Assembly (NCBI RefSeq): GCF_963921235.1
Contig: NC_086097.1
Span: 138,262,001-138,326,000 of the forward strand
DNA: 64,000 nt
Source: Mobula hypostoma
Lineage: Eukaryota
Direction of reading: 5' to 3'
Part shown: one piece after another, positions 39,701 to 51,700 of the stretch
How positions within the stretch are numbered: position 1 is the first letter of the stretch
Layout of the letters: the number at the start of each line of letters is the position of its first letter
Position numbers and translations under genes: made by a program
Notes under the pieces: generated by a model
What the model was told of the DNA's origin: nothing
The model's database searches: none
What the model saw: only the letters and a program-made list of their open reading frames with translations

Positions 39701-42700
39701 GTGGGGAGAGTGCAGGGGAGGGTGTGTGCGGTGGGGAGAGTGCAGGGAGAGGGTGTGTGCGAGTGGGGAGGTGCAGAGTGCAGAGGGTGTGTGCGGTGGG
39801 GAGAGTGCAGGGAGAGGGTGTGTGCGGTGGGGAGAGTGCAGGGAGAGGGTGTGTGCGGTGGGGAGAGTGCAGGGAGAGGGTGTGTGCGGTGGGGAGAGTG
39901 CAGGGAGAGGGTGTGTGCGGTGGGGAGAGTGCAGGGAGAGGGTGTGTGCAGTGGGGAGAGTGCAGGGAGAGGGTGTGTGCGGTGGGGAGAGTGCAGGGAG
40001 AGGGTGTGTGCAGTGGGGAGAGTGCAGGGAGAGGGTGTGTGCGGTGGGGAGAGTGCAGGGAGAGGGTGTGTGCGGTGGGGAGAGTGCAGGGAGAGGGTGT
40101 GTGCGGTGGGGAGAGTGCAGGGAGAGGGTGTGTGCGGTGGGGATAGTGCAGGGAGTGTGTGCGGTGGGGAGAGTGCAGGGAGAGGGTATGTACGGTGGGG
40201 AGAGTGCAGGGAGAGGGTGTGTGCAGTGGGGAGAGTGCAGGGAGAGGGTGTGTGCGGTGGGGAGAGTGCAGGGAGAGGGTGTGTGCGGTGGGGAGAGTGC
40301 AGGGAGAGGGTGTGTGCGGTGGGGAGAGTGCAGGGAGAGGGTGTGTGCGTGGTGGAGAGTGCAGGGAGAGGGTGTGTGCGGTGGGGAGAGTGCAGGGAGA
40401 GGGTGTGTGAGGTGGGGAGAGTGCAGGGAGAGGGTGTGTGTGTGGGGAGAGTGCAGGGAGAGGGTGTGTGCGGTGGGGAGAGTGCAGGGAGAGGGTATGT
40501 GCGATGGGGAGAGTGCAGGGAGAGGGTGTGTGCGGTGGGGAGAGTGCAGGGAGAGGGTGCGTGCGGTGGGGAGAGTGCAGGGAGAGGGTGTGTGCAGTGG
40601 GGAGAGTGCAGGGAGAGGGTGTGTGCGGTGGGGAGAGTGCAGGGAGAGGGTGTGTGCAGTGGGGAGAGTGCAGGGAGAGGGTGTGTGCGGTGGGGAGAGT
40701 GCAGGGAGAGGGTGTGTGCGGTGGGGAGAGTGCAGGGAGAGGGTGTGTGCGGTGGGGAGAGTGCAGGGAGAGGGTGTGTGCAGTGGGGAGAGTGCAGGGA
40801 GAGGGTGTGTGCAGTGGGGAGAGTGCAGGGAGAGGGTGTGTGCAGTGGGGAGAGTGCAGGGAGAGGGTGTGTGCGGTGGGGAGAGTGCAGGGAGTGTGTG
40901 CGGTGGGGAGAGTGCAGGGAGTGGGTGTGTGCGGTGGGGAGAGTGCAGGGAGTGTGTGCGGTGGGGAGAGTGCAGGGAGTGTGTGCGGTGGGGAGAGTGC
41001 AGGGAGAGGGTGTGTGCGGTGGGGAGAGTGCAGGGAGAGGGTGTGTGCGGTGGGGAGAGTGCAGGGAGTGTGTGCGGTGGGGAGAGTGCAGGGAGAGGGT
41101 GTGTGCGGTGGGGAGAGTGCAGGGAGAGGGTGTGTGCGGTGGGGAGAGTGCAGGGAGAGGGTGTGTGCGGTGGGGAGAGTGCAGGGAGAGGGTGCGTGCG
41201 ATGGGGAGAGTGCAGGGAGTGTGTGCGGTGGGGAGAGTGCAGGGAGGGCTATGTCCGATGGGGAGAGTGCGGGGAGAGGGTGTGTGCGGTGGGGAGAGTG
41301 CAGGGAGAGGGTGTGTGCAGTGGGGAGAGTGCAGGGAGAGGGTGTGTGCGGTGGGGAGAGTGCAGGGAGAGGGTATGTACAGTGGGGAGAGTGCAGGGAG
41401 AGGGTGTGTGCAGTGGGGAGAGTGCAGGGAGAGGGTGTGTGCGGAGGGGAGAGTGCAGGGAGAGGGTGTGTGCAGTGGGGAGAGTGCAGGGAGAGGGTGT
41501 GTGCGGTGGGGAGAGTGCAGGGAGAGGGTGCGTGCGGTGGGGAGAGTGCAGGGAGAGGGTGTGTGCAGTGGGGAGAGTGCAGGAAGGGGTATGTGCTGTG
41601 GGGAGAGTGCAGGGAGAGGGTATGTGCGGTGGGGAGAGTGCAGGGAGTGGGTGTGCGCGGTGGGGAGAGTGCAGGGAGAGGGTGCGTGCGGTGGGGAGAG
41701 TGCAGGGAGAGGGTGCGTGCGGTGGGGAGAGTTCAGGGAGAGGGTGCGTGCGGTGGGGAGAGTGCAGGGAGAGGGTGTGTGCGCTGGGGAGAGTGCAGGG
41801 AGAGGGTGTGTGCGGTGGGGAGAGTGCAGGGAGAGGGTGTGTGCGGTGGGGAGAGTGCAGGGAGAGGGTATGTGCGGTGGGGTGAGTGCAGGGAGTGTGT
41901 GCGGTGGGGAGAGTGCAGGGAGAGGGTATGTGCGATGGGGAGAATGCAGGGAGAGGGTGCGTGCGGTGGGGAGAGTTCAGGGAGAGGGTGCGTGCGGTGG
42001 GGAGAGTGCAGGGAGAGGGTGCGTGCGCTGGGGAGAGTAGAGGGAGAGGGTGTGTGCAGTGGGGAGAGTGCAGAAAGGGGTATGTGCTGTGGGGAGAGTG
42101 CAAGGAGGGGTATTGCAGTACGGAGAGTGCAGGGAGAGGGTGTGTGCAGTGGTGAGAGTGCAGGGAGAGGGTGTGTGCGGTGGGGAGAGTGCAGGGAGAG
42201 GGTGTGTGCGGTGGGGAGAGTGCAGGGAGAGGGTGTGTGCGGTGGGGAGAGTGCAGGGAGAGGGTGTGTGCGGTGGGGAGAGTGCAGGGAAGGTGTGCGG
42301 TGGGAGAGTGCAGGGAGAGGGTGTGTGCGGTGGGGAGAGTGCAGGGAGAGGGTGTGTGCGGTGGGGAGAGTGCAGGGACTGTGTGCAGTGGGTAGAGTGC
42401 AGGGAGAGGGTGTGCGCGGCGGGGAGGGTGCAGGGAGAGGGTGTGTGCAGTGGGGAGCGTGCAGAGAGAGGGTGTGTGCGGTGGGGAGAGTGCAGGGAGA
42501 GGGTGTGTGCGGTGGGTAGAGTGCAGGGAGTGTGTGCGGTGGGGAGAGTGCAGGGAGAGGGTGTGTGCGGTGGGGAGAGTGCAGGGAGAGGTAGTGTGCG
42601 GTGGGGAGAGTGCAGGGAGGGTTATTGCGGTGGGGAGAGTGCAGGGAGGGGTATTGCGGTGGGGAGAGTGCAGGGAGAGGGTGTGTGCGGTGGTGAGAGT

Positions 42701-45700
42701 GCAGTGAGAGGGTATGTGTGGTGGGGAGAGTGCAGGGAGAGGGTGTGTGCGGTGGGGAGAGTGCAGGGAGAGGGTGTGTGCAGTGGGGAGAGTGCAGCGA
42801 GTGTGTGCAGTGGGGAGAGTGCAGGGAGAGGGTGTGTGCGGTGGGGAGAGTGCAGGGAGAGGGTGTGTGCGGTGGGCAGAGTGCAAGGAGAGGGTGTGTG
42901 CCGTGGGGAGAGTGCAGGGAGAGGGTGTGTGCGGCGGGGAGCGTGCAGGGAGAGGGTGTGTGCAGTGGGGAAAGGGTGTGTGCAGTGGGGAGAGTGCAGG
43001 GAGAGGGTGTGTACAGCGGGGAGGGTGCAGGGAGGAGTGTGTGCGGTGGGGAGAGTGCAGGGAGTGTGTGCAGTGGGGAGAGTGCAGGGAGAGGGTGTGT
43101 GTAGTGGGGAGAGTGCAGGGAGAGGGTGTGTGCAGTGGGGAGAGTGCAGGGAGAGGGTGTGTGCGGTGGGGAGAGTGCAGGGAGTGTGTGCGGTGGGAGA
43201 GTGCAGGGAGAGGGTGTGTGCGGTGGGGAGACTGCAGGGAGAGGGTGTGTGCAGTGGGGAGCGTGCAGGGAGAGGGTCTGTGCGGTGGGGAGAGTGCAGG
43301 GAGAGGGTGTGCGCGGTGGGGAGAGTGCAGGGAGTGTGTGCAGTGGGGAGAGTGTAGGGAGAGGGTATATGCGATGGGGAGAGTGCAGGGAGGGGGTGTG
43401 CGCGGTGGGGAGAGTGCAGGGAGAGAGTGCGTGCGGTGGGGAGAGTGCAGGGAGAGGGTGCGTGCGGTGGGGAGAGTTCAGGGAGAGGGTGCGTGCGGTG
43501 GGGAGAGTGCAGGGAGAGGGTGTGTGCGCTGGGGAGAGTGCAGGGAGAGGGTGTGTGCGGTGGGGAGAGTGCAGGGAGAGGGTGTGTGCGGTGGGGAGAG
43601 TGCAGGGAGAGGGTATGTGCGGTGGGGTGAGTGCAGGGAGTGTGTGCGGTGGGGAGAGTGCAGGGAGAGGGTATGTGCGATGGAGAGAATGCAGGGAGAG
43701 GGTGCGTGCGGTGGGGAGAGTTCAGGGAGAGGGTGCGTGCGCTGGGGAGAGTACAGGGAGAGGGTGTGTGCAGTGGGGAGAGTGCAGAAAGGGGTATGTG
43801 CTGTGGGGAGAGTGCAAGTAGGGGTATTGCAGTACGGAGAGTGCAGGGAGAGGGTGTATGCAGTGGTGAGAGTGCAGGGAGAGGGTGTGTGCGGTGGGGA
43901 GAGTGCAGGGAGAGGGTGTGTGCGGTGGGGAGAGTGCAGGGAGAGGGTGTGTGCAGTGGGGAGAGTGCAGGGAGAGGGTGTGTGCAGTGGGGAGAGTGCA
44001 GGGAGAGGGTGTGTGCAGTGGGGAGAGTGCAGGGAGAGGGTGTGTGCGGTGGGGAGAGTGCAGGGAGTGTGTGCGGTGGGCAGAATGCAGGGAGTGGGTG
44101 TGTGCGGTGGGGAGAGTGCAGGGAGTGTGTGCGGTGGGGAGAGTGCAGGGAGTGTGTGCGGTGGGGAGAGTGCAGGGAGAGGGTGTGTGCAGTGGGGAGA
44201 GTGCAGGGAGAGGGTGTGTGCGGTGGGGAGAGTGCAGGGAGTGTGTGCGGTGGGGAGAGTGCAGGGATTGTGTGCGGTGGGGAGAGTGCAGGGAGAGGGT
44301 GTGTGCGGTGAGGAGAGTGCAGGGAGAGGGTGTGTGCTGTGGGGAGAGTGCAGGGAGAGGGTGTGTGCGATGGGGAGAGTGCAGGGAGTGTGTGCGGTGG
44401 GGAGAGTGCAGGGAGGGCTGTGTCCGATGGTGAGAGTGCGGGGAGAGGGTGTGTGCGGTGGGGAGAGTGCAGGGAGAGGGTGTGTGCAGTGGGGAGCGTG
44501 CAGAGAGAGGGTGTGTGCGGTGGGGAGAGTGCAGGGAGAGGGTATGTACAGTGGGGAGAGTGCAGGGAGAGGGAGAGTGCAGGGAGAGGGTGCGTGCGGA
44601 GGGGAGAGTGCAGAGAGAGGGTGCGTGCGGTGGGGAGAGTTCAGCGAGAGGGTGCGTGCGGTGGGGAGAGTGCAGGGAGAGGGTGCGTGCGCTGGGGAGA
44701 GTACAGGGAGAGGGTGTGTGCAGTGGGGAGAGTGCAGGAAGGGGTATGTGCTGTGGGGAGAGTGCAGGGAGGGGTATTGCGGTGGGGAGAGTGCAGGGAG
44801 AGGGTGTGTGCGGTGGGGAGAGTGCAGGGAGAGGGTGCGTGCGGTGGGGAGAGTGCAGGGAGAGGGTGCGTGCGGTGGGGAGAGTTCAGGGAGAGGGTGC
44901 GTGCGGTGGGGAGAGTGCAGGGAGAGGGTGTGTGCGCTGGGGAGAGTGCAGGGAGAGGGTGTGTGCGGTGGGGAGAGTGCAGGATAGGGTGTGTGCGGTG
45001 GGGAGAGTGCAGGGAGAGGGTATGTGCGGTGGGGTGAGTGCAGGGAGTGTGTGCGGTGGGGAGAGTGCAGGGAGAGGGTATGTGCGATGGGGAGAATGCA
45101 GGGAGAGGGTGCGTGCGGTGGGGAGAGTTCAGGGAGAGGGTGCGTGCGGTGGGGAGAGTGCAGGGAGAGGGTGCGTGCGCTGGGGAGAGTACAGGGAGAG
45201 GGTGTGTGCAGTGGGGAGAGTGCAGAAAGGGGTATGTGCTGTGGGGAGAGTGCAAGGAGGGGTATTGCAGTACGGAGAGTGCAGGGAGAGGGTGTGTGCA
45301 GTGGTGAGAGTGCAGGGAGAGGGTGTGTGCGGTGGGGAGAGTGCAGGGAGAGGGTGTGTGCGGTGGGGAGAGTGCAGGGAGAGGGTGTGTGCGGTGGGGA
45401 GAGTGCAGGGAGAGGGTGTGTGCGGTGGGGAGAGTGCAGGGAGAGGGTGTGTGCAGTGGGGAGAGTGCAGGGAGAGGGTGTGTGCGGTGGGGAGAGTGCA
45501 GGGAGTGTGTGCGGTGGGCAGAATGCAGGGAGTGGGTGTGTGCGGTGGGGAGAGTGCAGGGAGTGTGTGCGGTGGGGAGAGTGCAGGGAGTGTGTGCGGT
45601 GGGGAGAGTGCAGGGAGAGGGTGTGTGCAGTGGGGAGAGTGCAGGGAGAGGGTGTGTGCGGTGGGGAGAGTGCAGGGAGTGTGTGCGGTGGGGAGAGTGC

Positions 45701-48700
45701 AGGGATTGTGTGCGGTGGGGAGAGTGCAGGGAGAGGGTGTGTGCGGTGGGGAGAGTGCAGGGAGAGGGTGTGTGCGGTGGGGAGAGTGCAGGGAGAGGGT
45801 GTGTGCGATGGGGAGAGTGCAGGGAGTGTGTGCGGTGGGGAGAGTGCAGGGAGGGCTGTGTCCGATGGTGAGAGTGCGGGGAGAGGGTGTGTGCGGTGGG
45901 GAGAGTGCAGGGAGTGTGTGCGGTGGGAGAGTGCAGGGAGAGGGTGTGTGCGGTGGGGAGACTGCAGGGAGAGGGTGTGTGCAGTGGGGAGAGTGCAGGG
46001 CGAGGTTGTGTGCGGTGGGGAGAGTGCAGGGAGAGGGTGTGCGCGGTGGGGAGGGTGCAGGGAGTGTTTGCAGTGGGGAGAGTGTAGGGAGAGGGTATGT
46101 GCGATGGGGAGAGTGCAGGGAGGGGGTGTGCGCGGTGGGGAGAGTGCAGGGAGAGGGTGTGTGCGGTGGGGAGAGTGCAGGGAGTGTGTGCAGTGGGGAG
46201 AGTGCAGGGAGAGGGTGTGCGCGGCGGGGAGGGTGCAGGGAGAGGGTGTGTGCAGTGGGGAGCGTGCAGAGAGAGGGTGTGTGCGGTGGGGAGAGTGCAG
46301 GGAGAGGGTGTGTGCGGTGGGTAGAGTGCAGGGAGTGTGTGCGGTGGGGAGAGTGCAGGGAGAGGGTGTGTGCGGTGGGGAGAGTGCAGGGAGAGGTAGT
46401 GTGCGGTGGGGAGAGTGCAGGGAGGGTTATTGCGGTGGGGAGAGTGCAGGGAGGGGTATTGCGGTGGGGAGAGTGCAGGGAGAGGGTGTGTGCGGTGGTG
46501 AGAGTGCAGTGAGAGGGTATGTGTGGTGGGGAGAGTGCAGGGAGAGGGTGTGTGCGGTGGGGAGAGTGCAGCGAGTGTGTGCAGTGGGGAGAGTGCAGGG
46601 AGAGGGTGTGTGCGGTGGGGAGAGTGCAGGGAGAGGGTGTGTGCGGTGGGGAGACTGCAGGGAGAGGGTGTGTGCGGTGGGCAGAGTGCAAGGAGAGGGT
46701 GTGTGCCGTGGGGAGAGTGCAGGGAGAGGGTGTGTGCGGCGGGGAGCGTGCAGGGAGAGGGTGTGTGCAGTGGGGAAAGGGTGTGTGCAGTGGGGAGAGT
46801 GCAGGGAGAGGGTGTGTACTGCGGGGAGGGTGCAGGGAGGAGTGTGTGCGGTGGGGAGAGTGCAGGGAGTGTGTGCAGTGGGGAGAGTGCAGGGAGAGGG
46901 TGTGTGTAGTGGGGAGAGTGCAGGGAGAGGGTGTGTGCAGTGGGGAGAGTGCAGGGAGAGGGTGTGTGCGGTGGGCAGAGTGCAAGGAGAGGGTGTGTGC
47001 CGTGGGGAGAGTGCAGGGAGAGGGTGTGTGCTGCGGGGAGAGTGCAGGGAGTGTGTGCAGTGGGGAGAGTGTAGGGAGAGGGTATGTGCGATGGGGAGAG
47101 TGCAGGGAGTGGGTGTGCGCGGTGGGGAGAGTGCAGGGAGGGGTATTGCGGTGGGGAGAGTTCACGGAGTGGATGCGTGCGGTGGGGAGAGTGCAGCGAG
47201 AGGGTGTGTGCGGTGGGGAGAGTGCAGGGAGAGGGTGTGTGCGGTGGGGAGAGTGCAGGGAGAGGGTGTGTGCGGTGGGGAGAGTGCAGGGAGAGGGTGT
47301 GTGCGGTGGGGAGAGTGCAGGGAAGGTGTGCGGTGGGAGAGTGCAGGGAGAGGGTGTGTGCGGTGGGGAGAGTGCAGGGAGAGGGTGTGTGCGGTGGGGA
47401 GAGTGCAGGGACTGTGTGCAGTGGGTAGAGTGCAGGGAGAGGGTGTGCGCGGCGGGGAGGGTGCAGGGAGAGGGTGTGTGCAGTGGGGAGCGTGCAGAGA
47501 GAGGGTGTGTGCGGTGGGGAGAGTGCAGGGAGAGGGTGTGTGCGGTGGGTAGAGTGCAGGGAGTTTGTGCGGTGGGGAGAGTGCAGGGAGAGGGTGTGTG
47601 CGGTGGGGAGAGTGCAGGGAGAGGTAGTGTGCGGTGGGGAGAGTGCAGGGAGGGTTATTGCGGTGGGGAGAGTGCAGGGAGGGGTATTGCGGTGGGGAGA
47701 GTGCAGGGAGAGGGTGTGTGCGGTGGTGAGAGTGCAGTGAGAGGGTATGTGTGGTGGGGAGAGTGCAGGGAGAGGGTGTGTGCGGTGGGGAGAGTGCAGG
47801 GAGAGGGTGTGTGCGGTGGGGAGAGTGCAGCGAGTGTGTGCAGTGGGGAGAGTGCAGGGAGAGGGTGTGTGCGGTGGGGAGAGTGCAGGGAGAGGGTGTG
47901 TGCGGTGGGGAGAGTGCAGGGAGAGGGTGTGTGCGGTGGGCAGAGTGCAAGGAGAGGGTGTGTGCCGTGGGGAGAGTGCAGGGAGAGGGTGTGTGCGGCG
48001 GGGAGCGTGCAGGGAGAGGGTGTGTGCAGTGGGGAAAGGGTGTGTGCAGTGGGGAGAGTGCAGGGAGAGGGTGTGTACTGCGGGGAGGGTGCGGGGAGGA
48101 GTGTGTGCGGTGGGGAGAGTGCAGGGAGTGTGTGCAGTGGGGAGAGTGCAGGGAGAGGGTGTGTGTAGTGGGGAGAGTGCAGGGAGAGGGTGTGTGCAGT
48201 GGGGAGAGTGCAGGGAGAGGGTGTGTGCGGTGGGCAGAGTGCAAGGAGAGGGTGTGTGCCGTGGGGAGAGTGCAGGGAGAGGGTGTGTGCGGCGGGGAGA
48301 GTGCAGGGAGTGTGTGCAGTGGGGAGAGTGTAGGGAGAGGGTATGTGCGATGGGGAGAGTGCAGGGAGTGGGTGTGCGCGGTGGGGAGAGTGCAGGGAGG
48401 GGTATTGCGGTGGGGAGAGTTCACGGAGTGGATGTGTGCGGTGGGGAGAGTGCAGCGAGAGGGTGTGTGCGGTGGGGAGAGTGCAGGGAGTGTGTGCGGT
48501 GGGGAGAGTGCAGGGAGAGGGTGTGTGCGGTGGGGAGAGTGCAGGGAAGGTGTGCGGTGGGAGAGTGCAGGGAGAGGGTGTGTGCAGTGGGGAGCCTGCA
48601 GGGAGAGGGTGTGTGCAGTGGGGAGAGTGCAGGGAGAGGGTGTGTGCGGTGGGGAGAGTGCAGGGAGAGGGTGTGCGCGGTGGCGAGAGTGCAGGGAGTG

Positions 48701-51700
48701 TGTGCAGTGGGGAGAGTGTAGGGAGAGGGTGTGTGCAGTGGGGAGAGTGTAGGGAGAGGGTATGCGCGATGGGGAGAGTGCAGGGAGGGGGTGTGCGCGG
48801 TGGGGAGAGTGCAGGGAGAGGGTTTGTGCGGTGGGGAGAGTGCAGGGAGAGGGTGTGTGCGGTGGGGAGAGTGCAGGGAGTGTGTGCAGTGGGGAGAGTG
48901 TAGGGAGAGGGTATGTGCGATGGGGGAGAGTGCAGGGAGTGGGTGTGCGCGGTGGGGAGAGTGCAGGGAGGGGTATTGCGGTGGGGAGAGTTCACGGAGT
49001 GGATGTGTGCGGTGGGGAGAGTGCAGCGAGAGGGTGTGTGCGGTGGGGAGAGTGCAGGGAGAGGGTGTGTGCGGTGGGGAGAGTGCAGGGAGTGTGTGCG
49101 GTGGGGAGAGTGCAGGGAGTGTGTGCGGTGGGGAGAGTGCAGGGAGAGGGTGTGTGCGGTGGGGAGAGTGCAGGGAAGGTGTGCGGTGGGGAGAGTGCAG
49201 GGAGAGGGTGTGTGCAGTGGGGAGAGTGCAGGGAGAGGGTGTGTGCGGTGGGGAGAGTGCAAGGAGAGGGTGTGTGCGGTGGGGAGAGTGCAGGGAGGGC
49301 TGTGTCCGATGGGGAGAGTGCAGGGAGAGGGTGTGTGCGGTGGGGAGAGTGCAGGGAGTGTGTGCGGTGGGAGAGTGCAGGGAGAGGGTGTGTGCAGTGG
49401 GGAGACTGCAGGGAGAGGGTGTGTGCGGAGAGTGTAGGGAGAGGGTGTGTGCGGTGGGGACAGTGCAGGGAGTGTGTGCAGTGGGGAGAGTGCCGGGACA
49501 GGGTGTGTGCGGTGGGGAGAGTGCAGGGAGAGGGTGTGCGCGGTGGGGAGAGTGCAGGGAGTGTGTGCAGTGGGGAGAGTGTAGGGAGAGGGTATGTGCG
49601 ATGGGGAGAGTGCAGGGAGGGGGTGTGCGCGGTGGGGAGAGTGCAGGGAGAGGGTGTGTGCGGTGGGGAGAGTGCAGGGAGAGGTGTGTGCGGTGGGGAG
49701 AGTGCAGGGAGTGTGTGCAGTGGGGAGAGTGTAGGGAGAGTGTATGTGCGATGGGGAGAGTGCAGGGAGTGGGTGTGCGCGGTGGGGAGAGTGCAGGGAG
49801 GGGTGTGCGCGGTGGGGAGAGTGCAGGGAGGGGTATTGCGGTGGGGAGAGTTCAGGGAGAGGGTGTGTGCGGTGGGGAGAGTGCAGGGAGAGGGTGTGTG
49901 CGGTGGTGAGAGTGCAGTGAGAGGGTATGTGTGGTGGGGAGAGTGCAGGGAGAGGGTGTGTGCGGTGGGGAGAGTGCAGGGAGAGGGTGTGTGCAGTGGG
50001 GAGAGTGCAGCGAGTGTGTGCAGTGGGGAGAGTGCAGGGAGAGGGTGTGTGCGGTGGGGAGAGTGCAGGGAGAGGGTGTGTGCGGTGGGGAGAGTGCAGG
50101 GAGAGGGTGTGTGCGGTGGGCAGAGTGCAAGGAGAGGGTGTGTGCCGTGGGGAGAGTGCAGGGAGAGGGTGTGTGCGGCGGGGAGCGTGCAGGGAGAGGG
50201 TGTGTGCAGTGGGGAAAGGGTGTGTGCAGTGGGGAGAGTGCAGGGAGAGGGTGTGTACTGCGGGGAGGGTGCAGGGAGGAGTGTGTGCGGTGGGGAGAGT
50301 GCAGGGAGTGTGTGCAGTGGGGAGAGTGCAGGGAGAGGGTGTGTGTAGTGGGGAGAGTGCAGGGAGAGGGTGTGTGCAGTGGGGAGAGTGCAGGGAGAGG
50401 GTGTGTGCGGTGGGCAGAGTGCAAGGAGAGGGTGTGTGCCGTGGGGAGAGTGCAGGGAGAGGGTGTGTGCGGCGGGGAGAGTGCAGGGAGTGTGTGCAGT
50501 GGGGAGAGTGTAGGGAGAGGGTATGTGCGATGGGGAGAGTGCAGGGAGTGGGTGTGCGCGGTGGGGAGAGTGCAGGGAGGGGTATTGCGGTGGGGAGAGT
50601 TCACGGAGTGGATGTGTGCGGTGGGGAGAGTGCAGCGAGAGTGTGTGTGCGGTGGGGAGAGTGCAGGGAGTGTGTGCGGTGGGGAGAGTGCAGGGAGAGG
50701 GTGTGTGCGGTGGGGAGAGTCCAGGGAAGGTGTGCGGTGGGAGAGTGCAGGGAGAGGGTGTGTGCGGTGGGGAGCCTGCAGGGAGAGGGTGTGTGCAGTG
50801 GGGAGAGTGCAGGGAGAGGGTGTGTGCGGTGGGGAGAGTGCAGGGAGAGGGTGTGCGCGGTGGCGAGAGTGCAGGGAGTGTGTGCAGTGGGGAGAGTGTA
50901 GGGAGAGGGTGTGTGCAGTGGGGAGAGTGTAGGGAGAGGGTATGCGCGATGGGGAGAGTGCAGGGAGGGGGTGTGCGCGGTGGGGAGAGTGCAGGGAGAG
51001 GGTTTGTGCGGTGGGGAGAGTGCAGGGAGAGGGTGTGTGCGGTGGGGAGAGTGCAGGGTGTGTGTGCTGTGGGGAGAGTGTAGGGAGTGGGTGTGCGCGG
51101 TGGGGAGCGTGCAGGGAGTGGGTGTGCGCGGTGGGGAGAGTGCAGGGAGGGGTATTGCGGTGGGGAGAGTTCACGGAGTGGATGTGTGCGGTGGGGAGAG
51201 TGCAGCGAGAGGGTGTGTGCGGTGGGGAGAGTGCAGGGAGAGGGTGTGTGCGGTGGGGAGAGTGCAGGGAGTGTGTGCGGTGGGGAGAGTGCAGGGAGTG
51301 TGTGCGGTGGGGAGAGTGCAGGGAGAGGGTGTGTGCGGTGGGGAGAGTGCAGGGAAGGTGTGCGGTGGGGAGAGTGCAGGGAGAGGGTGTGTGCAGTGGG
51401 GAGAGTGCAGGGAGAGGGTGTGTGCGGTGGGGAGAGTGCAGGGAGAGGGTGTGTGCGGTGGGGAGAGTGCAAGGAGAGGGTGTGTGCGGTGGGGAGAGTG
51501 CAGGGAGGGCTGTGTCCGATGGGGAGAGTGCAGGGAGAGGGTGTGTGCGGTGGGGAGAGTGCAGGGAGTGTGTGCGGTGGGAGAGTGCAGGGAGAGGGTG
51601 TGTGCAGTGGGGAGACTGCAGGGAGAGGGTGTGTGCGGAGAGTGTAGGGAGAGGGTGTGTGCGGTGGGGACAGTGCAGGGAGTGTGTGCAGTGGGGAGAG

